DNA of 64,000 nucleotides from the NCBI GenBank assembly GCA_043808325.1, contig JAZDEY010000035.1:2853-66852 (forward strand), written 5' to 3'. This DNA is from Candidatus Eiseniibacteriota bacterium (GTDB lineage Bacteria > Arandabacterota > Arandabacteria > Arandabacterales > Arandabacteraceae). A program made the position numbers and the translations under genes. Shown here piece after piece: positions 19,440 to 29,305 of this stretch. The notes below the pieces were generated by a model. That model ran no database searches. It saw nothing but the letters and a program-made list of their open reading frames with translations, and was not told the DNA's origin. Every line of letters starts with the position of its first letter. Position 1 is the stretch's first letter.

Positions 19440-22400
19440 TCACAATTCAAGAACGGCGTTCAATACCTTTCTGGCGATCGCAAGCCTCGCCGCAGCGCCT
19501 TCAGGAAACGCCGTGAGCCTTATGCCTGGCCGCTCGCCGGACTGAAGTTCGATCTCTATGCCACCTCTAACGATGTTCTCGATCGCGCGCTTCGTAACCC
19601 GCTGGTCTTTCTTGCCTTCGAAGAGGAGAAGGGATCGTCTGACCACGATGCGCTCCATGCCGCTTGCGGCCGCGAGGATCCGGATTCTCTGAAAGCCGAG
19701 AAGGTTCTCAGCTTCGCCGGGAACTCGGCCGTAGCGATCCTCGAGCTCCAGCGCCAGCGCATCGACCTCGTCGACCTTGCGCGTCTCGACAAGGCGCTTA
19801 TAGAAGATCACTCGCTGCCTGTCGTCCTCCACGTATGTGTCCGGGATGTAGGCCGGGATATCGGTCTCGATCCTGGTTTCAACTCTTGGCTCGACGGGCT
19901 CGCCCTTGAGCTCCTTGACCGCCTCTTCCAGCAGCTTCACATAGAGATCGAAGCCCACCTCCGCTATGTAGCCGCTCTGCTCCGGCCCCAGGATGTTGCC
20001 TACGCCCCGTATCTCAAGATCGCGCATCGCAATCTTCAAGCCCGAACCGAGTTCGGTGAATTCCACGATGGTCTTGAGGCGCTTGCGCTGCACGTCCGTG
20101 AGCCGCCCCCCTCTCGGTACCAGAAGATAGGCGTACGCTCGATGTCGCGATCTCCCCACGCGGCCCCTCAGTTGATAGAGCTGGGCCAGGCCCAGGGTCT
20201 CCGCGCGGTCGACGATGATGGTGTTCACATTGGGTATGTCGAGCCCTGACTCAACGATCATTGTGGATACCAGGATATCGTATTTCCTATCTATGAAGTC
20301 GAGCATCACCCGTTCGAGCTGGCGCTCGTGCATCTGGCCGTGGGCAACCGCGATCCGCGTGTGCGGGAGAAGACCCGAGACGCGCGCGGCCATCGCGTCA
20401 ATCGACTCCACCCGGTTATGGACGAAGAAGACCTGTCCCCCGCGGTCAAGTTCCCGAAGGGCGGCGCTTACGATTATGTCCTCATCGAATTGGACCACCT
20501 CGGTCTCCACCGGGAGCCGATCCTTGGGAGGCGTATCGATGGTCGACATGTCGCGCGCGCCCATCAGGGCCATGTGAAGGGTGCGCGGGATCGGGGTCGC
20601 GGTGAGTGTGAGTACGTCGATCGTGGCCCTCATCTTCTTGAAGGCCTCCTTGTGGGCAACGCCGAAGTGCTGCTCCTCATCGACGATCACCAGCCCCAGG
20701 TCTTTGAAAACGACGTCCTTCTGGATCAGCCTGTGGGTGCCGATCGCGATATCGACTGTTCCCCGTGCGAGCCCCTCAATGATCGCCTTCTGCTCCTTCG
20801 GCGTGCGGAATCGCGAGAGCATCTCAACCGCGACCGGGTAATCCGCGAGCCGCTCTCCGAAGGTATAATAGTGCTGCTGGGCAAGCACGGTCGTGGGAAC
20901 CAGCACCGCAACCTGCTTGCCGTCCATCACCGCTTTGAAGGCGGCCCTCACCGCCACCTCGGTCTTGCCGTAGCCCACGTCCCCGCACACCAACCGATCC
21001 ATGGGTTTGGAGCTCTCCATGTCGCGCTTGATTTCCCGGGCCGCCCGCGCCTGATCGCGGGTGTCCTCATAGATGAATGATGCCTCGAGTTCCTGCTGCC
21101 ACCTGGTGTCGGCCTTGAAGGCGTGCCCCGGTCTCGCCTGCCTCAGGGCATAGATCCGGACCAGTTCCTCGGCCATCTGCCTGATCGCCTTCTTGGTGCG
21201 GGCCTTGATCCGCTCCCAGCCCGCACCGCCGAGTTTGCTCAGGGCCGGCCCTTCGGCATCCTTGCCGATGTACTTCTGAATCAGGTCCAGCTGTTCGATC
21301 GGGACGTAGAGTTTGTCCCCACCCAAGTACTTCACCAGAAGACATTCCGTCTCGCGACCCTCGACCACCAGCCGCTCGATTCCCCCGTACTGGCCTATGC
21401 CGTGATTGACGTGGACCACAAAGTCACCCGGATTGAGGGCTCGATAGCTCTCGATCGGGCCATCACCCTTGAACCGCGGGTAGCGGTGTTTGCGTTTGTA
21501 TCTGCCGAACATCTCGTGATCGGTGAGTACTTTGAGCTTCGCCTCGGGAAATGTGAACCCCTCTCTCAAGGAGCCCACGCCGATAGCGACTGCCCCGTCC
21601 TCGGGCGAGATGATTTCCTCGAGCCGCTCGACCTGACCGATGTTGTCACACAGGATGTAGGTGCTGTAGCCCTCGCGGGCTGCCTCGCCGATCGAAGACC
21701 GCAGCACTTTGAGGTTCCCTGCGAAAGGCTCCGCGCTTCGGAACGAGAGTACGATCCCGCCCCGTACGGTCTCGAGCGTGTTGACCTCCACGATCCTCTC
21801 GGCGGGGACGAGCCCCAGCTCGCGGTCGAGCTCGCCAAAGACCTTCTCCGGCGGTGGAAACGCGTTGGCCGTTCCCTTCCCGTCTCGGAAGCGCGCTTCG
21901 CTCTCGGCGACCACGGCCTTCGACTTTTCCTCGAGCGTCCCTCGGTCGAGGAGAACGTATCGGGTATCCGCCGGAAGGTAGGCCAATATGGTCACCCGCT
22001 CGGAGTAGAAATACGGCGCATAGGCCTCGATGCCGTCAAAGAAGAATCTCTCCTTGACGTGAATCACCGCGTCTTCGATCTCCGAGCCCTTTAGTCGCTT
22101 GCCTCGGAGCGCCGCCATGAAGCGCTCGACCGCCGCGTCGCTGAGGACAACTTCTCGCGCGGGGAGCACCCTCACTGAGTCGATCTTTCTCGTGGAGCGC
22201 TGACTCAGGGGGTCAAACTCGCGGATCGATTCGATCTCGTCGCCCAGAAGTTCCACTCGCACCGGGTTGTCAAGCCCTTGAGGATAGATATCGATAATGC
22301 CGCCGCGCGTGGCGACCGCGCCCACGTCCTCCACCACCGGGCCGCGCGTATATCCCATCTCGACAAGTTTGGAGAGCAGGTCCTGCGGCCTGATCGACTG

Positions 22401-22832
22401 CGCGACCGCAAGGTCGAGGACATTCGCGCGAAGATCGTGAGGAGGAATTATGCCCCGCAGGAAAGCTCGTAGCGGGATCACTACGATGCCGCTTCTCCTC
22501 TCGAGGAGGGCTGCGAGCGTGGCAAGCCGGGTGCCGACCACAGCCTCGTGCGGCGAGAACTCATCGTAGGGGAGGACTTCCCAATCCGGAAAGTAGAACA
22601 CCTCGCCCTCACCCACAAGGCCATCAAGATCCTCCTTGATTCCCTCGCCGTCGTCGGGGCATATCACTGCGGTCGTCGCGCCGAATTCGCGGTGGATGAT
22701 ATTCAGGAATATGGCGGTGCTCGAACCCGCGAGGCCGCTTAGCCTCACCGGGGCGGTCGCACCTCTCAGGGCTTCGATCGCACGCTCGACCGATTCACTC
22801 CGGCGTATCTTGTCAACTAGTTGGGAGAGCAT
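19440..22832 (-). CDS. mfd: Transcription-repair coupling factor Mfd
   Basis: UvrB-like N-domain, DEEQ helicase motifs, TRG. Start is ambiguous between 22889 and 22832. Confidence 0.9.
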   Translation of the reverse strand: MLSQLVDKIRRSESVERAIEALRGATAPVRLSGLAGSSTAIFLNIIHREFGATTAVICPDDGEGIKEDLDGLVGEGEVFYFPDWEVLPYDEFSPHEAVVGTRLATLAALLERRSGIVVIPLRAFLRGIIPPHDLRANVLDLAVAQSIRPQDLLSKLVEMGYTRGPVVEDVGAVATRGGIIDIYPQGLDNPVRVELLGDEIESIREFDPLSQRSTRKIDSVRVLPAREVVLSDAAVERFMAALRGKRLKGSEIEDAVIHVKERFFFDGIEAYAPYFYSERVTILAYLPADTRYVLLDRGTLEEKSKAVVAESEARFRDGKGTANAFPPPEKVFGELDRELGLVPAERIVEVNTLETVRGGIVLSFRSAEPFAGNLKVLRSSIGEAAREGYSTYILCDNIGQVERLEEIISPEDGAVAIGVGSLREGFTFPEAKLKVLTDHEMFGRYKRKHRYPRFKGDGPIESYRALNPGDFVVHVNHGIGQYGGIERLVVEGRETECLLVKYLGGDKLYVPIEQLDLIQKYIGKDAEGPALSKLGGAGWERIKARTKKAIRQMAEELVRIYALRQARPGHAFKADTRWQQELEASFIYEDTRDQARAAREIKRDMESSKPMDRLVCGDVGYGKTEVAVRAAFKAVMDGKQVAVLVPTTVLAQQHYYTFGERLADYPVAVEMLSRFRTPKEQKAIIEGLARGTVDIAIGTHRLIQKDVVFKDLGLVIVDEEQHFGVAHKEAFKKMRATIDVLTLTATPIPRTLHMALMGARDMSTIDTPPKDRLPVETEVVQFDEDIIVSAALRELDRGGQVFFVHNRVESIDAMAARVSGLLPHTRIAVAHGQMHERQLERVMLDFIDRKYDILVSTMIVESGLDIPNVNTIIVDRAETLGLAQLYQLRGRVGRSRHRAYAYLLVPRGGRLTDVQRKRLKTIVEFTELGSGLKIAMRDLEIRGVGNILGPEQSGYIAEVGFDLYVKLLEEAVKELKGEPVEPRVETRIETDIPAYIPDTYVEDDRQRVIFYKRLVETRKVDEVDALALELEDRYGRVPGEAENLLGFQRIRILAAASGMERIVVRRSLLLFEGKKDQRVTKRAIENIVRGGIEIELQSGERPGIRLTAFPEGAAARLAIARKVLNAVLEL

Positions 22833-24873
22833 CTTGGTCTTCAGTCTTGGAGAATCGGGGCGCGAGCGTGGACGCGAGCAGCGTCTCAACGACGAGGAGC
22901 ACCAGCGCGGCCCAGAGGAACGGGCGGGTGAGATCCCGGCCCTGCCTGAGCATCGCTATAGACTCGCCGACATCATCGGGCGCCGTCACCCGTCTCGTCT
23001 CAAAACGTTTGAGAGCCGACGCTACGTCGCCGGCCGCAACCTTCGAGAGGTCGGATTCCCGGGTATCGACGTTCACGGCGAAGACCGACAGGGTCTCCAC
23101 GTCGCTCCTCAAGAAGTAGACTCCGGGCTCACGGGGCGACCGGATTCTGTAACCCATGCTCTCCCCGATCGCCTCAGGAAAGAGCCGCATGCTGCCCTCG
23201 GGACCATCGAGATAAGCCTCGCCGCTGCGCTCGCCGGTCTTTATCGCAACCTCATCTCCAATCTTGTAAGCTTGATTCAACTTGGCACCGGACGTCAGGT
23301 AGAGCAGTATCTCATGCAGGATCGGCAGAAACTGCGGGGCCAACGTAAAATCGTTCCAGGTGACGTCTCCCGAACTTGCGAAAACCATTACCCGATCGCC
23401 CAGCTCCACGAGCGCGGGAGAGCCGTCCGAGAAATGGGCCACCACCTGTCCCGCCCCCGAGTTGAGCTTCATGAAGGCATAGAAGCGAGTATCTCCGAAT
23501 GGATTTACGTCCGGCTTGAACTTGCCGAATATCCTGTGTCCCCGATCCACCCGCTCAATGGTGTAGAATCCTCCGGTAGCCCCACCCTGTGCAGCCCCGG
23601 CTATCACGAGGCCGCCGATGAGCGGCAGCAAGTTCCGGTTGTAGTCTCCGACATCCACTTTGCTGCCCAGAAAGATGAGGAGGCTCCCGCCGCCGGCGAG
23701 ATAATCTGCGACGGCGCCGGCCTCCGGCGGGGAGAGTCGTGTCACATTGGACATGATCAGTATGTCGAGGCGCGCCAGGGCGGCCCGGCTCATGGCGCCT
23801 TCATCTATCCGGACCGGGGTAAAGCTTCCGCCACCCTCGGGACTCAGAGCCTTGGCTATGTAAGTGTCGTCGCCGACAATGCCGACGGTGCGTTTCCTCG
23901 AGGGCACGGCGAAGAAGCGCTTGTCATCGACCGGGAGTTTGTCTTCGGCGAGCGCGATCTCTCCCCACAGGAAGCCCTGAAATGGAGGCAGCCTGAAGGT
24001 TTCCTTTTCGCGGGCCGACTCGCCGGGTGAGAATACGCTTCGACCCAGGAGGTTGCCCTGGAGGTAGACATCGGCGACCCGGCCCTGGCTCTCAGAGGAA
24101 TTGAAACGCGCGAAGGTGACTTCCAGTTCAAGGTCATCGCTTCCTGAAGGAATTCGAAAACCTATGTCCTCGACGCACGCGTTGGGATCATCACCGCCCA
24201 GGTCGACAACGAGCGCTCTGCCGCTCGACTTCTCATCGCCCGGGCTGCGCTCGACGCCCTCCCAACCCAGCTTTTGCATATCGGAGATGATATATATTTC
24301 CTTGTTAGGATTTGCTGATCTCGCAAGCACGGCGACGGCTGTCTCAAGCGGTGAGGCCATGTCCGTGGCAAGATCGCTGCATGGAACCTCGCCCAGCCGC
24401 TCCCGCAGCCTTCCGGCATCGCGCGTGCCCCAGATCTCCGAAAGGTTCCGAGACGGAGCCGACGCCGTCAGTAGAAAGACCTCGTCGGATTGATTGAAAT
24501 GCTTGAGTATCTCCACCGTCTTGGTCTTCGCGCTCTCAAATACCGTTCCCCCATCGGACTGCCGTGTCATGCTGAAGCTGTCATCGAGGATCACGGCCGC
24601 GGTCGTAGGCAGATGCCCCCTGACCGCTCTGCCGCGCATGATGGTGGGCCGGGCAAGCGCTAGGGCGATGAAGAGAACGAGCAGGGTTCTCACGACGAGG
24701 AGCAGGATCTGCTTGAGGCGGAAACGGCGCGATCGCTTCCTCATCATCTCGCGCAGGAACTCGAGCGACGGGAAAACCTCGATTCTCGCACGCTGCCGGT
24801 GAAGCAGGTGGATGATCAGGGGCACAACGGCCGCGATCGCCGCAATGAGATACCAGGGATTGAGAAAGTTCAT
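22813..24873 (-). CDS. BatA-like membrane protein with N-terminal double-transmembrane domain
   Basis: MNFLNPWYLIAAIAAVVPLIIHLL... pattern typical of BatA_N/TIGR02226. Directly downstream of MoxR and DUF58. Confidence 0.65.
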   Translation of the reverse strand: MNFLNPWYLIAAIAAVVPLIIHLLHRQRARIEVFPSLEFLREMMRKRSRRFRLKQILLLVVRTLLVLFIALALARPTIMRGRAVRGHLPTTAAVILDDSFSMTRQSDGGTVFESAKTKTVEILKHFNQSDEVFLLTASAPSRNLSEIWGTRDAGRLRERLGEVPCSDLATDMASPLETAVAVLARSANPNKEIYIISDMQKLGWEGVERSPGDEKSSGRALVVDLGGDDPNACVEDIGFRIPSGSDDLELEVTFARFNSSESQGRVADVYLQGNLLGRSVFSPGESAREKETFRLPPFQGFLWGEIALAEDKLPVDDKRFFAVPSRKRTVGIVGDDTYIAKALSPEGGGSFTPVRIDEGAMSRAALARLDILIMSNVTRLSPPEAGAVADYLAGGGSLLIFLGSKVDVGDYNRNLLPLIGGLVIAGAAQGGATGGFYTIERVDRGHRIFGKFKPDVNPFGDTRFYAFMKLNSGAGQVVAHFSDGSPALVELGDRVMVFASSGDVTWNDFTLAPQFLPILHEILLYLTSGAKLNQAYKIGDEVAIKTGERSGEAYLDGPEGSMRLFPEAIGESMGYRIRSPREPGVYFLRSDVETLSVFAVNVDTRESDLSKVAAGDVASALKRFETRRVTAPDDVGESIAMLRQGRDLTRPFLWAALVLLVVETLLASTLAPRFSKTEDQDALPTS

Positions 24874-24883
24874 CGCGTGCTAT

Positions 24884-25792
24884 TTACCCCAATCTCTGCC
24901 GTTTCTCAAGGTAGGACAGGAGAGCCACATCGAAGGCAGTCGAAGTCCGTATGGGAACATAGTCGATCCCGCTCTGCCGCAATACGGTGCGATAGCGGTC
25001 TATCCAGGCGCCGACCCGGCTCACGTATTCGCGCCTTATCTCCCAGGGCACCGCCGGGACTTCCTCGCGCGTCTCCAGATCCCGCAAAATCACTTCGTGG
25101 TCGAAGGGGAAAGTGACCTCATACGGGTCAAGCACGTGAAACACGATCACCTCGTGCTTCCTGTGCCGGAAAAGCTTCAAGCCCCTTATCACGCTTTGCT
25201 CGTCGTCGAGGAGGTCGGACACCACGATTATCAGTCCCCTGCGCGTCACGCGCCGAGCGAGATCTTCGAGCGTCGATCCCAGGTCGGTCTCCTCACGCGC
25301 CTCCACCTCGGAGAGCTCCTTCAATATGGAGTGAAGATGGCGCCTCATGGACCGCGGAGGAATATATCGCCGCAGTTTGGTATCGAAGACCAGGAGGCCG
25401 ACCGAATCCTGCTGCTTGAGCATCAGGTAGGCGAGCGAGGCCGTGAGATAGCAGCCGTACTCAAGCTTGGTGATGCCGTCGGACTTATAGCCCATGGACC
25501 CGCTGCCGTCCAGAATCAGATAAGCGCGGAGGTTGGTCTCCTCTTCGTATTCCTTTATGTAGAACCGATCGGTCTTGCCGTAGACCTTCCAGTCGATGTG
25601 CCGAATCGGATCGCCCGGCATATACTGGCGGTGCTCGGCGAATTCAACCGAGAATCCCTTGTACGGGCCCCGGTGAAGGCCCGACACAAAGCCCTCGACC
25701 ACCAACCGCGCTTTGACGTCCAGGCCCTTGAGCCGGGAGATTACGGCGGGATCCAGGTACTTGCGAAAAGGTTCGATCACTCTGTCTGCCAC
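24884..25792 (-). CDS. DUF58 family protein (MoxR-associated, VWA-like)
   Basis: Conserved DUF58 core ...EFAEHRQYMPGDPIRHIDWKVYGKTDRFYIKEYEEE... Confidence 0.75.
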   Translation of the reverse strand: MADRVIEPFRKYLDPAVISRLKGLDVKARLVVEGFVSGLHRGPYKGFSVEFAEHRQYMPGDPIRHIDWKVYGKTDRFYIKEYEEETNLRAYLILDGSGSMGYKSDGITKLEYGCYLTASLAYLMLKQQDSVGLLVFDTKLRRYIPPRSMRRHLHSILKELSEVEAREETDLGSTLEDLARRVTRRGLIIVVSDLLDDEQSVIRGLKLFRHRKHEVIVFHVLDPYEVTFPFDHEVILRDLETREEVPAVPWEIRREYVSRVGAWIDRYRTVLRQSGIDYVPIRTSTAFDVALLSYLEKRQRLG

Positions 25793-25838
25793 GCGTGGCC
25801 TCCACAGTCTCCCTCGCTGTCTCCAAGCTTACGGCGTG

Positions 25839-26846
25839 TTACCTTTCGGCAACCTCCGGGATTTCTTTGAGGAGTCTGTCGATGATATCAACCGTGGTGA
25901 TGCCGTCGGCCTCGGCGCTAAAATTGGTGACTATCCTGTGGCGCAGCACCGGCTTTGTCACCTGGCGAACGTCATCGCAGGACGGCGTGTAGCGGCCGGC
26001 AAGGATCGCCCGGGTCTTGGCGCCGAGAACGAGATACTGCGAAGCCCTGGGGCCGGCGCCCCAGCTGACCCAGTCCTTGATGAATTGGGGGACGCCCTGG
26101 TCGGTGGGCCGCGTTGAGCGAACGAAATCCACGGCATATTTGACCACGTGCTTGGGCACGGGGACTCTGCGCACCAGGCGCTGAAGCTCCATGATGTCGG
26201 CAGCTGCGAGCACGCGCTCCAGCTCGGGCGCATACGCGCTGGTCGTGGTCTCGACGATCTCGAGTTCCTCATCATGCTTGGGATAATCCACATAAATGTT
26301 GAACATGAATCGGTCCAGCTGGGCCTCGGGAAGCGGATAGGTGCCTTCCAGCTCGATCGGATTCTGAGTCGCGAGCACAAAGAACGGTAGATCCAGATCG
26401 TAGGTCTCCCCGCCTGCGGTCACCTGCCGCTCCTGCATCGCCTGGAGGAGCGCCGACTGGGTCTTGGGCGGGGTTCGGTTGATCTCATCCGCCAGTACGA
26501 TGTTGGCGAAGACCGGGCCCCGGACGAACCGGAAGGCTCGTCTGCCGGTGGTCTTATCCTCTTCGATGATGTCGGTTCCGGTTATGTCGGAGGGCATCAG
26601 ATCGGGAGTGAACTGAATCCGGTTGAACTTGAGGTCAAGGATGCGCGCGATCGTGCTCACCAGGAGTGTCTTGGCAAGCCCGGGGACCCCGACCAGCAGG
26701 CAGTGACCGTCCGACAGGAGTGCAATCAACATCTCCTCGATCACCCGCTCCTGTCCGATGATCACCTTCTTCACTTGTCCGACGATCTTCTCTCGTGCCT
26801 TATTCAGGTTCTCAACAGTCTCGATGTCTCGGTTTGCGCTCGTCAC
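25839..26846 (-). CDS. MoxR-family AAA+ ATPase
   Basis: AAA_3 motifs GQERVIEEMLIALL..GHCLLVGVPGLAKT and downstream sensor motifs. Confidence 0.85.
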   Translation of the reverse strand: MTSANRDIETVENLNKAREKIVGQVKKVIIGQERVIEEMLIALLSDGHCLLVGVPGLAKTLLVSTIARILDLKFNRIQFTPDLMPSDITGTDIIEEDKTTGRRAFRFVRGPVFANIVLADEINRTPPKTQSALLQAMQERQVTAGGETYDLDLPFFVLATQNPIELEGTYPLPEAQLDRFMFNIYVDYPKHDEELEIVETTTSAYAPELERVLAAADIMELQRLVRRVPVPKHVVKYAVDFVRSTRPTDQGVPQFIKDWVSWGAGPRASQYLVLGAKTRAILAGRYTPSCDDVRQVTKPVLRHRIVTNFSAEADGITTVDIIDRLLKEIPEVAER

Positions 26847-26915
26847 AACTTACCCTCCAGTTCGATTGCCCGCACCCGTCGTCCCCGTGCCCCGCCGGCA
26901 CGCGAGGGTGAGGGC

Positions 26916-27422
26916 TTAATCCGCTATCCCAAAACGTTTCTCCTCGGTGACCTTCTCGGGCCGTGTCACTAAAATGCCCTGTATGGTATAAGCCCCAAGC
27001 GCCGCATTTGTTCCATCGGCCAACTTCTGGTTCCACTGGGCGCCGTAAATCACGGAGTCGTGCGGCGCAATTGCGGCACCGGAGAGCACTTGGGCAAACA
27101 TCATTTCGTCCGACCATCGCCAGATGATATCTCTTCCTTTTCTCACGACGAAGTCGGCAGTCTGTGCGGTTGGGAAGACAAGGCTGAGTGGCCTCGCGGT
27201 AGTATTGCTCACCACCAGCCTGACCATTACCTTCTCTCCGATCGCATAGCTTCCCGCATTGAGCCGCACCGAAAGCGCCAGCGATTCCGCTGCCACGGCG
27301 CTCCCCGGAGGCGAAGGACTCTTGGCCCGGCCGCCGCAGGAGAAAAGCCCACTCGCCACGATCATCGCAAGTGCAGCAGCCGAGATAGCGAAAATGAATG
27401 CCGCCCTTCTCTCTGGCCTCAT
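26916..27422 (-). CDS. Secreted lipoprotein, tentatively BsuPI-like (intracellular proteinase inhibitor fold)
   Basis: Start at MRPERR with RBS ggaagga. Lipobox-like LFSC. FVVRKGRDIIWRW...YGAQW resembles the BsuPI domain; this is recognition only. Confidence 0.4.
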   Translation of the reverse strand: MRPERRAAFIFAISAAALAMIVASGLFSCGGRAKSPSPPGSAVAAESLALSVRLNAGSYAIGEKVMVRLVVSNTTARPLSLVFPTAQTADFVVRKGRDIIWRWSDEMMFAQVLSGAAIAPHDSVIYGAQWNQKLADGTNAALGAYTIQGILVTRPEKVTEEKRFGIAD

Positions 27423-27568
27423 ATCGTCCTTCCAGGGGAGAAAGCCCAACCGGTAAGCCCGTGTAGCCTAAACTAACAACCGCCCTGCCGGGATGTCAAA
27501 CTATATCGGGGTTCCGGGGCTCGGAGTTCCGCGGGATTGCATGCGGGGGCCTTTACGGGGCCGGCAAC

Positions 27569-28438
27569 TTATTTGTACATTGCCTTAATGCTTCCCCAGG
27601 TCGCCGGCACGGTGGCAGCGCTCCACTCGCAGAATGACGCCCTCCACAGCGCTTCGAGGTAACCGTAGGGAACAGCCCCGGCGGGGTCCGGGACGGGATC
27701 AGGCACGCCCCAGGCGGGTTCCATTCCATAATAGTAGGTACGAACGGCCGCTCGCGGGTACACGTAGGGATATGTGCCCATCTGGCAGCAACTTGAGTTT
27801 GCCGGGCAGCCGGCGGCACAAGCGCTCACATTGTCAAGCACAAGCAGGGGATGGCCGGTCGGGTTCTTCCAGGTGATCAGGGCGACGAAGTCACCCCGGC
27901 ACTGGGCAAGATCAAGTCCGTCAACCGCGCCGCCGTTGGTGAAGTCTATCACGACCGGTGTGAAGGCGGCCGTATCCGTGTAGGCCACGGCGAACTCCCT
28001 GTTCGCAAGCAGGTTCCCTGTCGGTTCCCCGTTCCCGTCCGAGCCGAAGACCCTCAAGATCATGTCCTGATCGGCCGGCGGAGGAAGAGCGTCGTAGAAA
28101 ACCAGCTCAATTGTATCGAGCGTGAGACAGGCCGCCGTATCGCAAGCTGTGGCCCACGGCACTACGTCGGTCATCGTGAAGCGGACCACGTAGGTCTCAT
28201 TCTCCCCAATACCCTCCACGACCGTAACATAGGCGCACTCCTCAAGCAGATAGGAGTAGCTCAGGCCGCACTGGACCGCGAGGTTCTCGGTTCGAAAATC
28301 CCGGAGATCTGTCATATCGTTAAGGGTAAGCGGTACAGACCTCAGCTCACTGGCAGCGAGATTCCGCGCACCCGAGCCGACAAGGAGCATGGTGATTGCC
28401 CCAAGAGCCAGCAGAGTAATGATTGGTGCGGTCTTCAT
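27569..28438 (-). CDS. Secreted Cys-rich hypothetical protein
   Basis: Clear signal peptide and many Cys. No family recognised. Ends ...ATWGSIKAMYK. Confidence 0.5.
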   Translation of the reverse strand: MKTAPIITLLALGAITMLLVGSGARNLAASELRSVPLTLNDMTDLRDFRTENLAVQCGLSYSYLLEECAYVTVVEGIGENETYVVRFTMTDVVPWATACDTAACLTLDTIELVFYDALPPPADQDMILRVFGSDGNGEPTGNLLANREFAVAYTDTAAFTPVVIDFTNGGAVDGLDLAQCRGDFVALITWKNPTGHPLLVLDNVSACAAGCPANSSCCQMGTYPYVYPRAAVRTYYYGMEPAWGVPDPVPDPAGAVPYGYLEALWRASFCEWSAATVPATWGSIKAMYK

Positions 28439-28789
28439 AATTGCAGGTCCCCCTCGCGATTCCTTCGCGATTCCTTGACCTTGGTCCCCTCCTTCCTGTA
28501 TCGGTCGCTACCCTTCCGGGCTTGAGCCGCTTCCGGCCGGCCACCGCAGGCCCTACCTGGAAGGTATCCTGTCTTCGGGCTTGCCAATACAGCGATTGCC
28601 GTTTTTGCGAACCCCTAATTCTCAACCCTATTTCAAATTGAAACCTGTGGAAAACCGCTCTTATACTTGTTTCAAGCCCGGCCATAACCCATTGATTCTA
28701 CAAGACATTCTCACTTATCAACACCCCCCGTGACGTTATCCACATTTCCACATCGGCGATTCCTGGGCCGGAGCGCAACCTCCTGACCG

Positions 28790-28897
28790 AGCGAGGCCTG
28801 GTGCCTCGGGGCGGGAGCTCTTCGCTCAGAGGCCTGCCGGAAGTGGCCTTGGGGCCTCGGGGCGGCAGCCCTTCACTCAGAGGCTCGGCGCCGGTGG
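28790..28897. repeat. Two tandem ~54-bp imperfect direct repeats in an 860-bp non-coding region
   Basis: ggcctggtgcctcggggcgggagctcttcgctcagaggcctgccggaagt / ggccttggggcctcggggcggcagcccttcactcagaggctcggcgccggt. Confidence 0.7.
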
Positions 28898-29178
28898 CCC
28901 TTGCTGCGATACTACACTTGCTTCGGGCCACTCGTCACCTCGCTACCGAATTGGAGTGGGCGAGGGAGGAGGGTTGATGCGTAGGCGAATGGGGTTACTG
29001 AGCCGGAGCACAACCCCCCGCCGAGCGCACCGAACGTGCCGGACCGAGCGAGACCGCAGGGTCTCGGATAGCGGATTCATATTATCATATACGAATATGA
29101 TTATGTCGTTGGGCCGGGGCCGGGATTGCTCGCCCCTTATGCGCCGTTCGCAGATGGGGAATGCCGTAGGCCTAATAA

Positions 29179-29209
29179 GAAGAGACCGTGCGTGCGGCAC
29201 GGCCTCTTC
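29179..29209 (-). terminator. Candidate rho-independent terminator of the giant surface-protein gene
   Basis: GC-rich stem gaagagaccgtgc/ggcacggcctcttc with one mismatch. On the minus strand it is followed by TTCTTATT. Lies ~100 nt after the stop at 29306. Confidence 0.4.
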
Positions 29210-29305
29210 CTCTCACCACCTGTCCACCGCGGTTGCCTCGGCCCCTCGTGGGTCTGCCAATATCCCCGGCGGCTCAGTTAAAGACTGCTCCCCTCCCCAT
29301 CCCGA

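Noticed and set aside
27569-27610. C-terminal ...ATWGSIKAMYK of the Cys-rich protein as a recognisable sorting tag
   Set aside because: It reminded me of conserved C-terminal tags, but I cannot match it to a defined domain (not Por_Secre_tail, not PEP-CTERM). It is left unassigned.
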